Source: an uncultured delta proteobacterium
GTDB taxonomy: Bacteria; Myxococcota; UBA727; VGSZ01
Direction: 5' to 3'
Assembly: GCA_963775425.1 (NCBI GenBank)
Contig: CAVZJB010000004.1
Span: 32,001 to 96,000, forward strand
DNA length: 64,000 nucleotides
The notes beneath the pieces are model-generated. The model saw only the letters and a program-made list of their open reading frames with translations. It was not told the origin of the DNA and searched no databases. Positions 28,791-43,035 of this stretch are shown piece by piece (position 1 is the stretch's first letter; every line of letters starts with the position of its first letter). A program made the translations under genes and the position numbers.

Positions 28791-29079
28791 ATCAGGGTGC
28801 CGCGAGCGTTGGGGCGCGGCTCAGCGTGGTGGGCGAGCGGGGAGCGGTGGCGCCGGGCGCGGCCGCACCATCCGCGTTGTCGACGATGAGCGCCGCCAAC
28901 AGCGCCTCCGCGGCCCGGCCGCATCAGCCTTCGACGCCGCAGCCGTGCTCGAGCACCACCTCGCCCGCGGCGCTGCCCGCCACGACCGCCCCCGCCGTGG
29001 ACGCGGGCGGCGGCGCCTGCGCGCAAGACGCGTCGTTCGTGCGGCGACGTCAGGGCACGCGGGTTGCTGCTCCTGGAGC

Positions 29080-29502
29080 ATGCGTACTCGAACCCTCATC
29101 GTCGCCGCGCTCTCTCTCATCGCCCTGCCGTTCGTCGCTGCGCGAGCCGCCCCGCCCGCGCAGCCGCCGCCTGCGGGGTTTCACATCACCGGGGACGCGA
29201 AGGCGGGCGCACACGTCTACGCGTCGAGCTGCGAGACATGCCACGGGAAGCACGGCGACGGCGCGGGCGTCGCGGGCAAGGCCCTGACGCCGCCGCCGTT
29301 CAGCTTCATCGACCCCGCGCGCACCCAGGGCCTCGGCGACTGGGAGATGTTCAGCGCGGTGAAGCACGGCGGCGCCACCGTGAAGCTCTCGGCGGCCATG
29401 CCCGCGTTCGGCGACACCCTCACCGACAAGCAGATCGACGACGTGCTCGCGTACGTGAAGGCCACGTTCATCGAGCCGCACCGCGCCGGCGCGGCGCAGT
29501 GA
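29080..29502 (+). CDS. Class I cytochrome c
   Basis: Signal peptide, CETCHG heme motif, AMPAF axial Met. Confidence 0.9.
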   Translation: MRTRTLIVAALSLIALPFVAARAAPPAQPPPAGFHITGDAKAGAHVYASSCETCHGKHGDGAGVAGKALTPPPFSFIDPARTQGLGDWEMFSAVKHGGATVKLSAAMPAFGDTLTDKQIDDVLAYVKATFIEPHRAGAAQ

Positions 29503-29534
29503 GCAGCGCCGCCGCCTCGCGTCCCGCGCGCGCG

Positions 29535-30395
29535 TCAGGCGGCGGCGACGTTCGCGCCGCCGCCGCCGGCGAGCGACTCGAGCAGGGACCACACCCGGGC
29601 GCGCACGAGCTCGTCGGTGTCGGGCTTGGGCAGCGGCGCGGGCTTGCCCTTCACGATGTAGCTGCCGCTCGGCACGTCGCCGAAGGCGGCGACGCGGAAG
29701 CGCGCGACGGCGCCCTCGAGCGACGTGGCGAAGCCGATGGCGCGCATGAGGGGGCCGGCGATCATCTGCGCGACCTTGGGCTGCCCGCCGCCGAAGCGCG
29801 TCCCCATGATGATGCCCGGGTGCAGTGACACGGCCGTGACGCCGTCGGCGGCGTAGCGGCGCGCCTGCTCCACCGTCATCATCACCGACGCGTTCTTCAC
29901 GCGGCCGTACTGGCTCATGCCCGTGTACTTCTTGGGCGACACAAGATCGTCGACGTCGACGGGGAAGCGATCGAGGAAGCCGGTCGCGAGGTTGACCACC
30001 CTGCCCCGTGCGGCTTTGAGCGCGCCGTGCAGCGCGCGCTCGAGCACGAACGCGCCGAGGGTGTTGAGGGCGAGGGTGGTCTCGACGCCGTCGGCGGTCT
30101 TCGACATCGCCTTGAAGGTGCCGCCGGCGTTGTTCACCAGGACGTCGACGCGGTCGGTGCGCGCGAGCAGGGCGTCGGCCACGGCGCGCGCGCCCTTCAC
30201 GGTGGACACGTCGCCGATGACGACCTCGGCGTCCCCACCGGCCGAGCGGATGCGCCCGAGCGTCTCGTCGGCGCGCGCGCGGTCGCGTCCCACGAGGAAG
30301 ACCTTGGCGCCGGCGGCGGCGAAGTCGATGGCGGCGGCCTGGCCGAGCCCGCTGGTGGCGCCGGTGACGACGACGATCTTGCCTTTGATATCCAT
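29535..30395 (-). CDS. Short-chain dehydrogenase/reductase
   Basis: TGATSGLG, VLVNNAG, YGRVK, SLHPG. Confidence 0.92.
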   Translation of the reverse strand: MDIKGKIVVVTGATSGLGQAAAIDFAAAGAKVFLVGRDRARADETLGRIRSAGGDAEVVIGDVSTVKGARAVADALLARTDRVDVLVNNAGGTFKAMSKTADGVETTLALNTLGAFVLERALHGALKAARGRVVNLATGFLDRFPVDVDDLVSPKKYTGMSQYGRVKNASVMMTVEQARRYAADGVTAVSLHPGIIMGTRFGGGQPKVAQMIAGPLMRAIGFATSLEGAVARFRVAAFGDVPSGSYIVKGKPAPLPKPDTDELVRARVWSLLESLAGGGGANVAAA

Positions 30396-30535
30396 GTGCT
30401 CCTCCTGCATGCCCATCAGATGGTCAACTGTGGCTCCAGTTCCACAGAAATCCGTCGCAATTGTAAACCTGTAGTTGATGCTCGAGTCACCGAGGCGGAT
30501 TCCGGCGGCCGAGAGCCTGCTAGAGTGCCGCCACG

Positions 30536-31177
30536 ATGCGCGCCTTCGTCGCCGCCGCCCTGTCGCTCGCCGTCGTCGCCGGCGCCGGATGTCCGCTCGG
30601 CCCCGGCGCGGGCGAGCCGGGCGCAGGAGAGGGCGAGGGCGAAGGCGACCCCGGCACCCCCGACGGCACCCCGGACCACCGCCGCGCCTGCACCAACAGC
30701 TTCGGCGACGCCGTCACCGCCGAGTACGGCCGCGTGGACGGCTTCCTCGCGGCGGTGGTCCCCACCACCACCAGCGGCTGTCGCGCCGACCCCAATCACC
30801 TGCACCTGCAGATCGACGTCGGGGGGAGCATCGTCGACGTCGCGGTGAACCTCGACGTCAGCGTCGCCGAGCGCGACGTGCCGCCGGTGCAGGCGTGGGA
30901 CGAGGGCTGGCACCCGGGCGTCACCTTCGACTACGTGCGCGACCTCGCCACCCACGCCGCCGACCTGAGCACGGCGTCCCCGGGCGCGGTGCAGACGCAG
31001 GTGCTCGAGGCGCTCTCCGACGCCAACCACGTCTCGCTGTACGCCCGCGGCTACGACGTCGACGGCCTCCACGACGTGCACCGAAACGGCGCGCAACGCG
31101 ACGGAGCCATCGTGGCCAAGCCCACCGAGGGCACCGCGCGCTACCTGATCTTCCGCTTCAGCGATCAGCAGTTCTGA
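30536..31177 (+). CDS. Hypothetical lipoprotein with a short GE repeat
   Basis: Lipobox GAGC, GEGEGEG, His motifs (NHLHLQ, LHDVHRN...DGA). Confidence 0.75.
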   Translation: MRAFVAAALSLAVVAGAGCPLGPGAGEPGAGEGEGEGDPGTPDGTPDHRRACTNSFGDAVTAEYGRVDGFLAAVVPTTTSGCRADPNHLHLQIDVGGSIVDVAVNLDVSVAERDVPPVQAWDEGWHPGVTFDYVRDLATHAADLSTASPGAVQTQVLEALSDANHVSLYARGYDVDGLHDVHRNGAQRDGAIVAKPTEGTARYLIFRFSDQQF

Positions 31178-32726
31178 CGGGGCTGCACGTGATCTGCGTG
31201 GTGCGGGGCGACGCCATCGCCTCGCACATCAGCTCGAGGACCTCGCCGGTGCTGCCGGCGAAGCCGCCGCTCGAGTCCACGGCGACCACCGTGGGCCAGC
31301 GCACGCCGGTGCGCGAGTACAGGGTCCTGTCGTTTTGGTGCAGCAGGACGAGGGCCACCTCGCCGCGCACGGCGCGGTCGACGTTCTCGGTCCACCACCG
31401 CTCGAGCTCGCCGTCGTCGTCGCTCATCACCTCGCAGCCGCGCCGGTAGGCGTCGATGCACTCCCGCACCGTGAGGAGCGGCTCCGACGACGACGGCAGG
31501 AGCGCCGGCGGCAGCCGCGCCGTGGGCGCGTCGATGTCGAAGCGCGCCGCCCAGAACGCGCGGCCCCAGGCGCCGAGGACGGTCCTGGCGTAGCGGACGG
31601 CGGCGGAGTCGACGTTCTTCGGCCCGCGCGCCTCGACCACGTGCCCATGCTCGTCGACCTGCACCGTGGCCTCGCCGTCGGCGACGTCGACGTGGAAGAG
31701 GAACGCCTTGCCCGCGAGCGCCTCGAGGCGGCGGCTGGCGACGCAGTGCCGCATGGCGCGCCCCTCGGCGATGATCTCGCCGAAGGTCTTCAGAAACGTG
31801 AAGCCCGGCAGGTCCGGCAGCGGGATGGGCGGCAGCACCGTCTCCGTCTCGTCCGGGTAGCTCGCGGACCACCAGTCGACGGCGAGGTTGATCAGGGCGG
31901 AGAAGGAGCGCACGTCGCGCGCGTTCGGCACGGAGGCGAGCATCTCGGCGAGGGCGTGGCAGGGATCGATGTTCGGCGGCAACCCGAAGCTCTCCACGGC
32001 CAACGCCGCCGCGTCCGCCAGCGTGCCCGCAGGCGCCGCCTCGACGAGCGCCATGTGCGCGAGGAGCCGCGGCGCCCGGGGGTGCGCGCCCAGCGCGCCC
32101 AGCACGGCGACGTGCTCGGCGCTCGCGGCGGGGCGCGTGAGCGGGACGTTCCTGAGGCCCCAGAGCGCGTCGGCGGCGGCGGTCTCGCCGAAGCGCGCGA
32201 GGGTGGCGTTCACCGCGCGCGTGGCCTTGCCGCCGTGGGCGAACAGATCGCGCCAGCGCGCCAGCCGCTCGACGACGGCGTCGGCGTGCTCGGGGGTGCC
32301 GTCGTCGTCGTGGTCCTCTTCGACGCAGGCGATGGCGACGCGGCAGGCGCGGAAGCGCTCGGCGTCCTTGCGCAGATATGGGGCGTCGAGGAAGCCGGCG
32401 GCGTGCACGAGGGGCGTCGCCCGGATCTCGCTCACGCCGCGCTCGACGTCGTGGGCGCAGACGCCGGCGCTCTCGGCGGCGCGCCGGAGCGCACCGACCA
32501 CGCCGTCGATGACGGCGCGGCTGTCGTCGGAGTCGAGCCGCCCGACGGCCAGCTCGTCGCGGGCGAGGACGAGCACCTGGCCGACGCCCGCGCGCGACGC
32601 GCCGAGCTCCCAGACCCCGGAGGCGGGCGCCTCGACGATGAGGGCATGGCTGGAGGCGTCGACGTCGAGCGCCGTCCCCTCGGCGGAGATGGTGACGCCC
32701 CAATCGTGCGCGGCGACGCTCGGCAT
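31158..32726 (-). CDS. PcfJ-like domain protein
   Basis: IAEGRAMRHCVAS...FLFHV...EATVQV...VEARGPKN matches the PcfJ-type motif. Confidence 0.7.
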   Translation of the reverse strand: MPSVAAHDWGVTISAEGTALDVDASSHALIVEAPASGVWELGASRAGVGQVLVLARDELAVGRLDSDDSRAVIDGVVGALRRAAESAGVCAHDVERGVSEIRATPLVHAAGFLDAPYLRKDAERFRACRVAIACVEEDHDDDGTPEHADAVVERLARWRDLFAHGGKATRAVNATLARFGETAAADALWGLRNVPLTRPAASAEHVAVLGALGAHPRAPRLLAHMALVEAAPAGTLADAAALAVESFGLPPNIDPCHALAEMLASVPNARDVRSFSALINLAVDWWSASYPDETETVLPPIPLPDLPGFTFLKTFGEIIAEGRAMRHCVASRRLEALAGKAFLFHVDVADGEATVQVDEHGHVVEARGPKNVDSAAVRYARTVLGAWGRAFWAARFDIDAPTARLPPALLPSSSEPLLTVRECIDAYRRGCEVMSDDDGELERWWTENVDRAVRGEVALVLLHQNDRTLYSRTGVRWPTVVAVDSSGGFAGSTGEVLELMCEAMASPRTTQITCSPVRTADR

Positions 32727-33070
32727 CGTCCGATTGTTCCACCCGCCGCGCGCCTCGGCAGCGCCGGGGCCCAGGTGGCGCAAACTGCGACGCCCGATGC
32801 GCGATGCCCGAGGCGCGCGGCACGGGGCTGTCCCCCGCCTCGGCCGTCAGGGCTTGGGGACCTGCGGGAGGTCGGCGGCGTCCGCGACGGGGGCGCCGTC
32901 GGGCTCCGTCTCGTCTTTCGGCGGCTTCTTGATGCCCTTGGCCGGCGTGGGCATGCTGCCGAACGGCCGGAGCGGAGCGTCCACGTCGACGACGACGACG
33001 CCGTCGGCCTCGGAAAGCTCCCACACCACGGACGCCTTGCCCCGCGATTCCCCGCTGCGCGTCGACATCT

Positions 33071-33271
33071 CTAGCCCCCGCGATCAAAGAGGTCGAAGAA
33101 GGCCTCGACCTCGCGGGAAGCGACGTCCTCCTCGTCACTCCCCAAGAAGCGCTCATCAAAGCGGCGCACGCGGTTTTCTACGATCTCACCGCGCGTGGCG
33201 CCGTTTCCGAATTGATCGTCGTACCAGCGGCTCTTCAGAGGGAGCCGCTTCCACTTGCTCTCTTCGGTCAT
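33071..33271 (-). CDS. Small hypothetical protein (66 aa)
   Basis: ATG 2 nt after the nrdJ stop; visibly lower GC than the flanks. Confidence 0.4.
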   Translation of the reverse strand: MTEESKWKRLPLKSRWYDDQFGNGATRGEIVENRVRRFDERFLGSDEEDVASREVEAFFDLFDRGG

Positions 33272-33273
33272 CT

Positions 33274-36246
<2,973 letters not shown>

Positions 36247-36466
36247 CGATTCCCCTCCCCGGGCAAGACGAGACGAAAAACGGCAGCCGCGCTCCTTTTG
36301 GAGCGCAGAACTTGAACTCTCAGCGCCTGAGCGCATCTTTTTGGGCCAACTCACCCCGCGACCCGAATTCCTTTTGGAGGAAGCCGAAGTCGTGAGCGTG
36401 GGAGGGTTCGTATCACGGAACGAACACGCCGCGTCAACGCCTCTCGGACGCATGTCCGGGCCGCAA

Positions 36467-36513
36467 CCGCAAAATCTGGTGCCGATGGCCGACTTAGCCA
36501 CCAGATCTCGATG
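36467..36513. promoter_or_regulatory. Tandem NrdR boxes
   Basis: CCGCAAAATCTGGTGC (36467) and CCACCAGATCTCGATG (36498) keep the core C-A-AT-T-G positions of acaCwAtATaTwGtgt. They start 31 bp apart, upstream of nrdJ. Confidence 0.7.
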
Positions 36514-36514
36514 C

Positions 36515-36534
36515 TGTGGAAAACCTGTGGATTC
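36515..36534 (-). promoter_or_regulatory. Two DnaA-box-like 9-mers
   Basis: TGTGGAAAA and TGTGGATTC versus TGTGGATAA, 11 bp apart and adjacent to the NrdR boxes. Confidence 0.4.
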
Positions 36535-36833
36535 GGGGGTATGGATCGGCGTGTCGCGGGACGGTGACATCCCTGTGAAATCCACGAAAATCCAGCAGGT
36601 TGCCCCGCTGCGCGCGCCCGCGCAGAATTTTCAGCCGGACGGGTCTTGCAACCCGCTAAGTGCTTGATGTCGATCGGGAATCGGAGATCACCTCACGTGT
36701 GAGACACCCCCTCGCCATCGCGATGAATGCCCCCGCCCGCCCGCGCTGATCCCCGGCGCCGCGCGCCGTCGGCCGCGCGAGCATGCCATACACTTCAGGC
36801 ATCCTCGACGGCGTTTCACCGTACATCAATGAC

Positions 36834-38846
<2,013 letters not shown>

Positions 38847-38893
38847 GAGATGGACTCTAGCGTGTCGCACGCCGACGTACCAAAAGCGGGCCC

Positions 38894-40243
38894 ATGAAGA
38901 TGAAGAAGCTCCTCATCGCCAACCGTGGCGAAATCGCCCGCCGCGTCGCCCGCACCGCCCACCGCCTCGGGCTGTCCGTGGTGGCCGTCTACAGCGACGC
39001 CGACGCCGACGCCCCCCACGTCCGGGAGGCCGACGAGCGGGTGCGCATCGGGCCACCTCCCCCGAAGGAGTCCTACCTCAACATCGACGCCATCCTCGCC
39101 GCCGCCCGACAGACCGGCGCCGACGCGGTGCACCCGGGCTACGGCTTCCTGTCCGAAAACGAGCGCTTCGTCGAGGCCTGCCACGCGGCCGGCCTCGTGT
39201 TCGTGGGCCCCCCGGTCTCGGCGATGCGGGCCATGGCGTCGAAGATCGAGGCCAAGCGGACCATGGCCGGCGCCGGCGTCCCCGTGGTGCCCGGGCCCAT
39301 CGAGGCGCTCGAGACCGAGGACGCGGCCGTGGCCGCGGCGAGCGCCGTGGGCTTCCCCGTCATGCTCAAGGCGAGCGCCGGCGGCGGCGGCATCGGCATG
39401 TCCCGCTGCAAGAGCGAAAAGCAGCTCCGCTCCGCCTTCGAGGACGCGCGCAAGAAGGGCGAGATGTTCTTCGGCTCCTCGCAGGTCTTCATCGAAAAGC
39501 TCGTCGAGCGCCCCCACCACATCGAGGTGCAGATCCTCGCCGACGCGCACGGCGCCGTGCGCCACCTCTTCGAGCGCGAGTGCTCCATCCAGCGCCGTCA
39601 CCAGAAGGTCCTCGAGGAGACGCCCTCACCGCTCCTCGACGACGCCACCCGCGCCGCCGTGTGCGAGGCCGCCGTGAAGGCCGCCCGCGCCGTCGGCTAC
39701 GTGAACGCAGGCACCGTGGAGTTCGTCGCCGCCGAGGACCGGAGCTTCTATTTCCTCGAGATGAACACGCGCTTGCAGGTGGAGCACCCGATCACCGAGG
39801 CCGTGCTCGGCGTCGACATCGTCGAGCACCAGCTCCGCGTCGCCGACGGGGAGCCGTTGTCGCTGCCCGCGGAGCTCGCGCGCAACGGCCACGCCATCGA
39901 GCTGCGCATCTGCGCCGAGGACCCGGACAAGCGCTTCTTCCCGCAGCCCGGCACGCTCTCCGAGGTGGTGTGGCCGCGCGGCGAGGGCATCCGCGTGGAC
40001 GCGGGCGTCGAGTCGGGCTCGGCGGTGCCGCCGTATTACGACTCGCTGCTCGCCAAGATGATCGGCCACGGGGCCACGCGCGCCCAGGCCGTGGAGCGGC
40101 TCTTGAAAGCCCTCGACGAGACCCGCCTCGTGGGCATCAAGACCAACCTCGAGATGCACAAGCGCATCCTCTCCGACGAGGGCTTCCTCGCCGGCCACAC
40201 CGACACCGGTTTTCTCGCGGAGCGGCTCGGCCTCAAGTCCTGA
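38894..40243 (+). CDS. accC: Biotin carboxylase (acetyl/propionyl-CoA carboxylase subunit)
   Basis: LIANRGEIA, HPGYGFLSEN, GGGGIGM, RECSIQRRHQK, EMNTRLQVEH, YDSLLAK. Confidence 0.93.
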   Translation: MKMKKLLIANRGEIARRVARTAHRLGLSVVAVYSDADADAPHVREADERVRIGPPPPKESYLNIDAILAAARQTGADAVHPGYGFLSENERFVEACHAAGLVFVGPPVSAMRAMASKIEAKRTMAGAGVPVVPGPIEALETEDAAVAAASAVGFPVMLKASAGGGGIGMSRCKSEKQLRSAFEDARKKGEMFFGSSQVFIEKLVERPHHIEVQILADAHGAVRHLFERECSIQRRHQKVLEETPSPLLDDATRAAVCEAAVKAARAVGYVNAGTVEFVAAEDRSFYFLEMNTRLQVEHPITEAVLGVDIVEHQLRVADGEPLSLPAELARNGHAIELRICAEDPDKRFFPQPGTLSEVVWPRGEGIRVDAGVESGSAVPPYYDSLLAKMIGHGATRAQAVERLLKALDETRLVGIKTNLEMHKRILSDEGFLAGHTDTGFLAERLGLKS

Positions 40244-40300
40244 GGTGCCGACCGGCCGACCGCGACGTCTCGCCCTTTCCGGGGTAAGGTCCGACGCAGC

Positions 40301-40861
40301 GTGTCCTCGCACAAGACCATCAACGACTTCATCCCGCTCGCCAAGTCGATGACGCCGGACGCGTTCGTGGCGCGCTTCAACCACCCGTTCCTGTTCGGGC
40401 GCGAGGTCCTCGAGGAGGAGTTCCGCTTCTCCACCCTCGTGACGGACGAGCCGAGCATCGAGCGGCGGCTGGAGACCAACACCGACTCCATGTCGGCGTC
40501 GCCGTCGCCGCCGGGCACCGACGTCTTCCGCATCCGCCACTGGGTGATCGCGGTGCGCAAGCCGCCGGCGGCGCCCGCGCAGGACCGCATCTTCCTCGGG
40601 CGCAGCGAGACCAACGACATCTGCGTGCCGCACAAGACCGTGTCCAAGCTCCACGCGTACTTCCTGCGTGATCCGCAGATCGCCACCAAGTGGCAGGTGG
40701 TCGACACCGGCAGCGCCAACGGCACCAAGCACAACGGGATGCGGATCCCTCCACGGGCGAAGGTCACGCTCGTCGACGGAGACACCATCTGCTTCGGCCG
40801 CTGCGTCTTTCAGTGGATGACGGCGCGCAGCCTCTACGAGCGCCTGCAGGCCATGGGCTGA
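40301..40861 (+). CDS. FHA domain protein
   Basis: LGRSETNDI...TVSKLHA...DTGSANGT...DGDTICFG. Confidence 0.88.
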   Translation: MSSHKTINDFIPLAKSMTPDAFVARFNHPFLFGREVLEEEFRFSTLVTDEPSIERRLETNTDSMSASPSPPGTDVFRIRHWVIAVRKPPAAPAQDRIFLGRSETNDICVPHKTVSKLHAYFLRDPQIATKWQVVDTGSANGTKHNGMRIPPRAKVTLVDGDTICFGRCVFQWMTARSLYERLQAMG

Positions 40862-40862
40862 G

Positions 40863-41495
40863 TCAGCGGCGGGCGGCGCGCTGTCCGATGCGACCGGCCT
40901 CCAAGAGCGTGCGCGGGGCGCCGAACGTTCGATCGACGAGCTCGCGCTGGAGCCACGCGATCTGCTCGCTGTCGAGGGAGCGGCCCGCGGCGAGGGCGCG
41001 GTACAGGCGCGCGCGGCGGACGAAGCGGCCGTCGAGGCCGTGGGTGTCGGCGTAGTCGATGGCCTGCGCGAGCACGCCACGGCCGACGGCCTCGAGCGGC
41101 AGCGCGTCCTGGGAGAGCATCTCGTCGAAGGCGCGCTTGTCGGCGTCGGTGGCGCCGGCGGGGTACGGCACGCGGCGAATGCGCGCGCCGAGGTCGAGGT
41201 GGAGCTCGGCGATGCGCAGCAGGCACAGGAGCCGGTCGCGCGGCGCCGCGGTCTTGCCGAGCGCGTCGAGGTAGTCGAGGCGCAGCGCCTCGAGCGCCGC
41301 CGTCTGCTGCTCGATGTCCTCGGGCGTCTTCAACGGCTGCGCCGCGAACGACGCGAAGTCGCGCTCGAGCACGAGCAGGCGACGCTGGGACAGAGCGTCC
41401 GGGGCGGACGACACCGTGGCGCAGCCGGCGGCGGCGACGACGAGCGCGGCGACGACGGCTGCGCCTGCGGGGACGACGTGCCGCGCAAGGTGCAT
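40863..41495 (-). CDS. Hypothetical helical lipoprotein
   Basis: Lipobox AAGC followed by an all-helical, protein-like sequence. Confidence 0.7.
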   Translation of the reverse strand: MHLARHVVPAGAAVVAALVVAAAGCATVSSAPDALSQRRLLVLERDFASFAAQPLKTPEDIEQQTAALEALRLDYLDALGKTAAPRDRLLCLLRIAELHLDLGARIRRVPYPAGATDADKRAFDEMLSQDALPLEAVGRGVLAQAIDYADTHGLDGRFVRRARLYRALAAGRSLDSEQIAWLQRELVDRTFGAPRTLLEAGRIGQRAARR

Positions 41496-41559
41496 GCTTC
41501 ATTGTTCGAGCCTGGTGGCCTCGCCGCAATGTACGGAGATGTCGGTGCGTCGACGTGGG

Positions 41560-41958
41560 TCACACCACGCCCGGCACGCGCGTCTGGGCGATGGCGGCGA
41601 ACAGCGCGCGCATCTCCTCGAAGTCGCCGTGCACGCGGATCCGGCCGGGCAGGAGCTTGCCGCCGAACGCCGCCTGCATCGCCTCGAGGTCCGACTCCCA
41701 CGTCACCGACGGCGCCGGGTGGAGGCCGCGGCTCACGGCGCCGCCCCTGCCGTCGACCTGCACGAACCACGACGAGCGCTCGTCGCCGGGCACCCGGAAC
41801 TGCGCCACCAGCGGGCGCTTCTTCCCCGTCTCTCGCCAAAACGGCTGGCTCTGCGCGAGCAGGAGCGCGATGCCCTGCACGTGCTCGGCGACGGAGAACG
41901 GCGCGCGCTCCGGGGGCCTGGGGACGGGTGCGGTGGTCTTCGATTGCCAGGGCTTCAT
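41560..41958 (-). CDS. SCP2 sterol/lipid-binding domain protein
   Basis: WFVQVDG...GLHPAPSVTW...GRIRVHGD pattern; ATGA-coupled to the upstream gene. Confidence 0.6.
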   Translation of the reverse strand: MKPWQSKTTAPVPRPPERAPFSVAEHVQGIALLLAQSQPFWRETGKKRPLVAQFRVPGDERSSWFVQVDGRGGAVSRGLHPAPSVTWESDLEAMQAAFGGKLLPGRIRVHGDFEEMRALFAAIAQTRVPGVV

Positions 41959-42428
41959 GGTTCCTCCGAGGTCTGCGTCACGTGCACGTCCGGCGTCGTC
42001 GCCGGGCGCGGCGTCAGGGTGAGCGTCGCCGGCTCGACGGTGGCGCCGGCGATGGCGTCGAGGAACAGCGACAGCCGCTCCTTCGTGGTGATCGAGAGCG
42101 TCATCTCGATCTGCTCTTCGCGGTCGATGAACGCGCCGTCCGGGGCGGTCGTCGTCGTCGACGACACCAGCCGCGGCGCGCCGAGCCGGACGGACACCGC
42201 GCGCCCGTCGAGGCTCGCGCCGGCGTTGACGAGCACGTCGTGGAGCACGCCGGCGTCGAGGTGCGCGTCGACCACCTGGGTCTGCTCGACGTGCGTCGTC
42301 ACCCGCCGGTGCACGGAGGCGGCGGCGTCGCGCGGGCGGTGCAGGAGCCGCTGCCAGAGGTGCCGCGCCGGTCCTCCCCCGTCGCCGGGGGAGGACCGCG
42401 CGTGTCCGATGTGGAGGGGCCAGCCCAT
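41955..42428 (-). CDS. Hypothetical protein
   Basis: Middle gene of a three-gene operon; SD GGAGG upstream. Confidence 0.6.
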   Translation of the reverse strand: MGWPLHIGHARSSPGDGGGPARHLWQRLLHRPRDAAASVHRRVTTHVEQTQVVDAHLDAGVLHDVLVNAGASLDGRAVSVRLGAPRLVSSTTTTAPDGAFIDREEQIEMTLSITTKERLSLFLDAIAGATVEPATLTLTPRPATTPDVHVTQTSEEP

Positions 42429-42434
42429 GGCCGG

Positions 42435-42920
42435 TCAGCCTCCCTGCGCCGCGCGGGCGAGGGGCACCCACGGCTCGTCGGTGGGGAGCGGGGCGTCGCC
42501 GTCGAGGTCGCCGTCGCCGTCCGCGCCGCCCTCGTCGTCGCACGGCGACGTGATCCGGCTGCTGCCCTGGTTCTCGAGCTCGCCGCCGTCGATCTGCGCG
42601 AACACCTCGGCGTGGGCCTTGACCTCGACGGCGGCGTCGAGGGTCGCCTGGACCGCCACGGTGAAGGCCTTGGTGTCGGAGGCCTGGCTGACGGTGTGGC
42701 CGGCGCGCAAGCGGGCGAGCACGCTCTCGGGGTCGGCGCAGTCGACCGTGGCCGAACCGGCGGCGTCGGTGATGTCGGCCGTCACCGAGCTCGCGCCGCT
42801 CGAGCCCGTCTCGAGGACGGCGCCCGCCTCGACGTCATGCTGGACGCTCGCGGTGTCGCGGCGGGTGGCGTCGGCGAACGAGGTGCGGCGAAGGTTGTTG
42901 TTGGCGTCGAGGGTGGGCAT
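42435..42920 (-). CDS. Hypothetical acidic protein
   Basis: MPTLDANNNLRR start with SD AAGGAG, downstream of a sigma54 promoter. Confidence 0.65.
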   Translation of the reverse strand: MPTLDANNNLRRTSFADATRRDTASVQHDVEAGAVLETGSSGASSVTADITDAAGSATVDCADPESVLARLRAGHTVSQASDTKAFTVAVQATLDAAVEVKAHAEVFAQIDGGELENQGSSRITSPCDDEGGADGDGDLDGDAPLPTDEPWVPLARAAQGG

Positions 42921-42969
42921 CGGTCTTCTCCTTGGTTGGCGACGTGTCCGCGTCGCACGCCCTGCTTTC

Positions 42970-42984
42970 GCAAGGCCGGTGCCA
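42970..42984 (-). promoter_or_regulatory. Sigma54 -24/-12 promoter TGGCAC-CGGCC-TTGC
   Basis: Matches the consensus on the minus strand about 50 bp upstream of the ATG at 42920. Confidence 0.8.
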
Positions 42985-43035
42985 CCGGCGCCCGCGGCGG
43001 CCGGACGCGATCCGGCGCGCTTGCGGCGGCGCACC

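Noticed and set aside
28793-29050. Minus-strand frame with an in-frame TGA (…CGVEG*CG…) as a possible selenoprotein
   Set aside because: No start codon before an upstream stop, no recognisable family and no evident SECIS.
31158-33271. Prophage or integrative element around the PcfJ-like gene
   Set aside because: No integrase, att repeats or other phage genes are visible.
36250-36460. Cobalamin riboswitch or tRNA in the nrdJ leader (GGTTCGTATC resembles a T-loop)
   Set aside because: No B12-box elements recognised and the T-stem does not pair. An Infernal/Rfam scan would settle it.
36510-36680. Replication origin
   Set aside because: Only two imperfect DnaA boxes, no AT-rich unwinding element and no dnaA/dnaN/gidA context; better explained as the nrdJ promoter.
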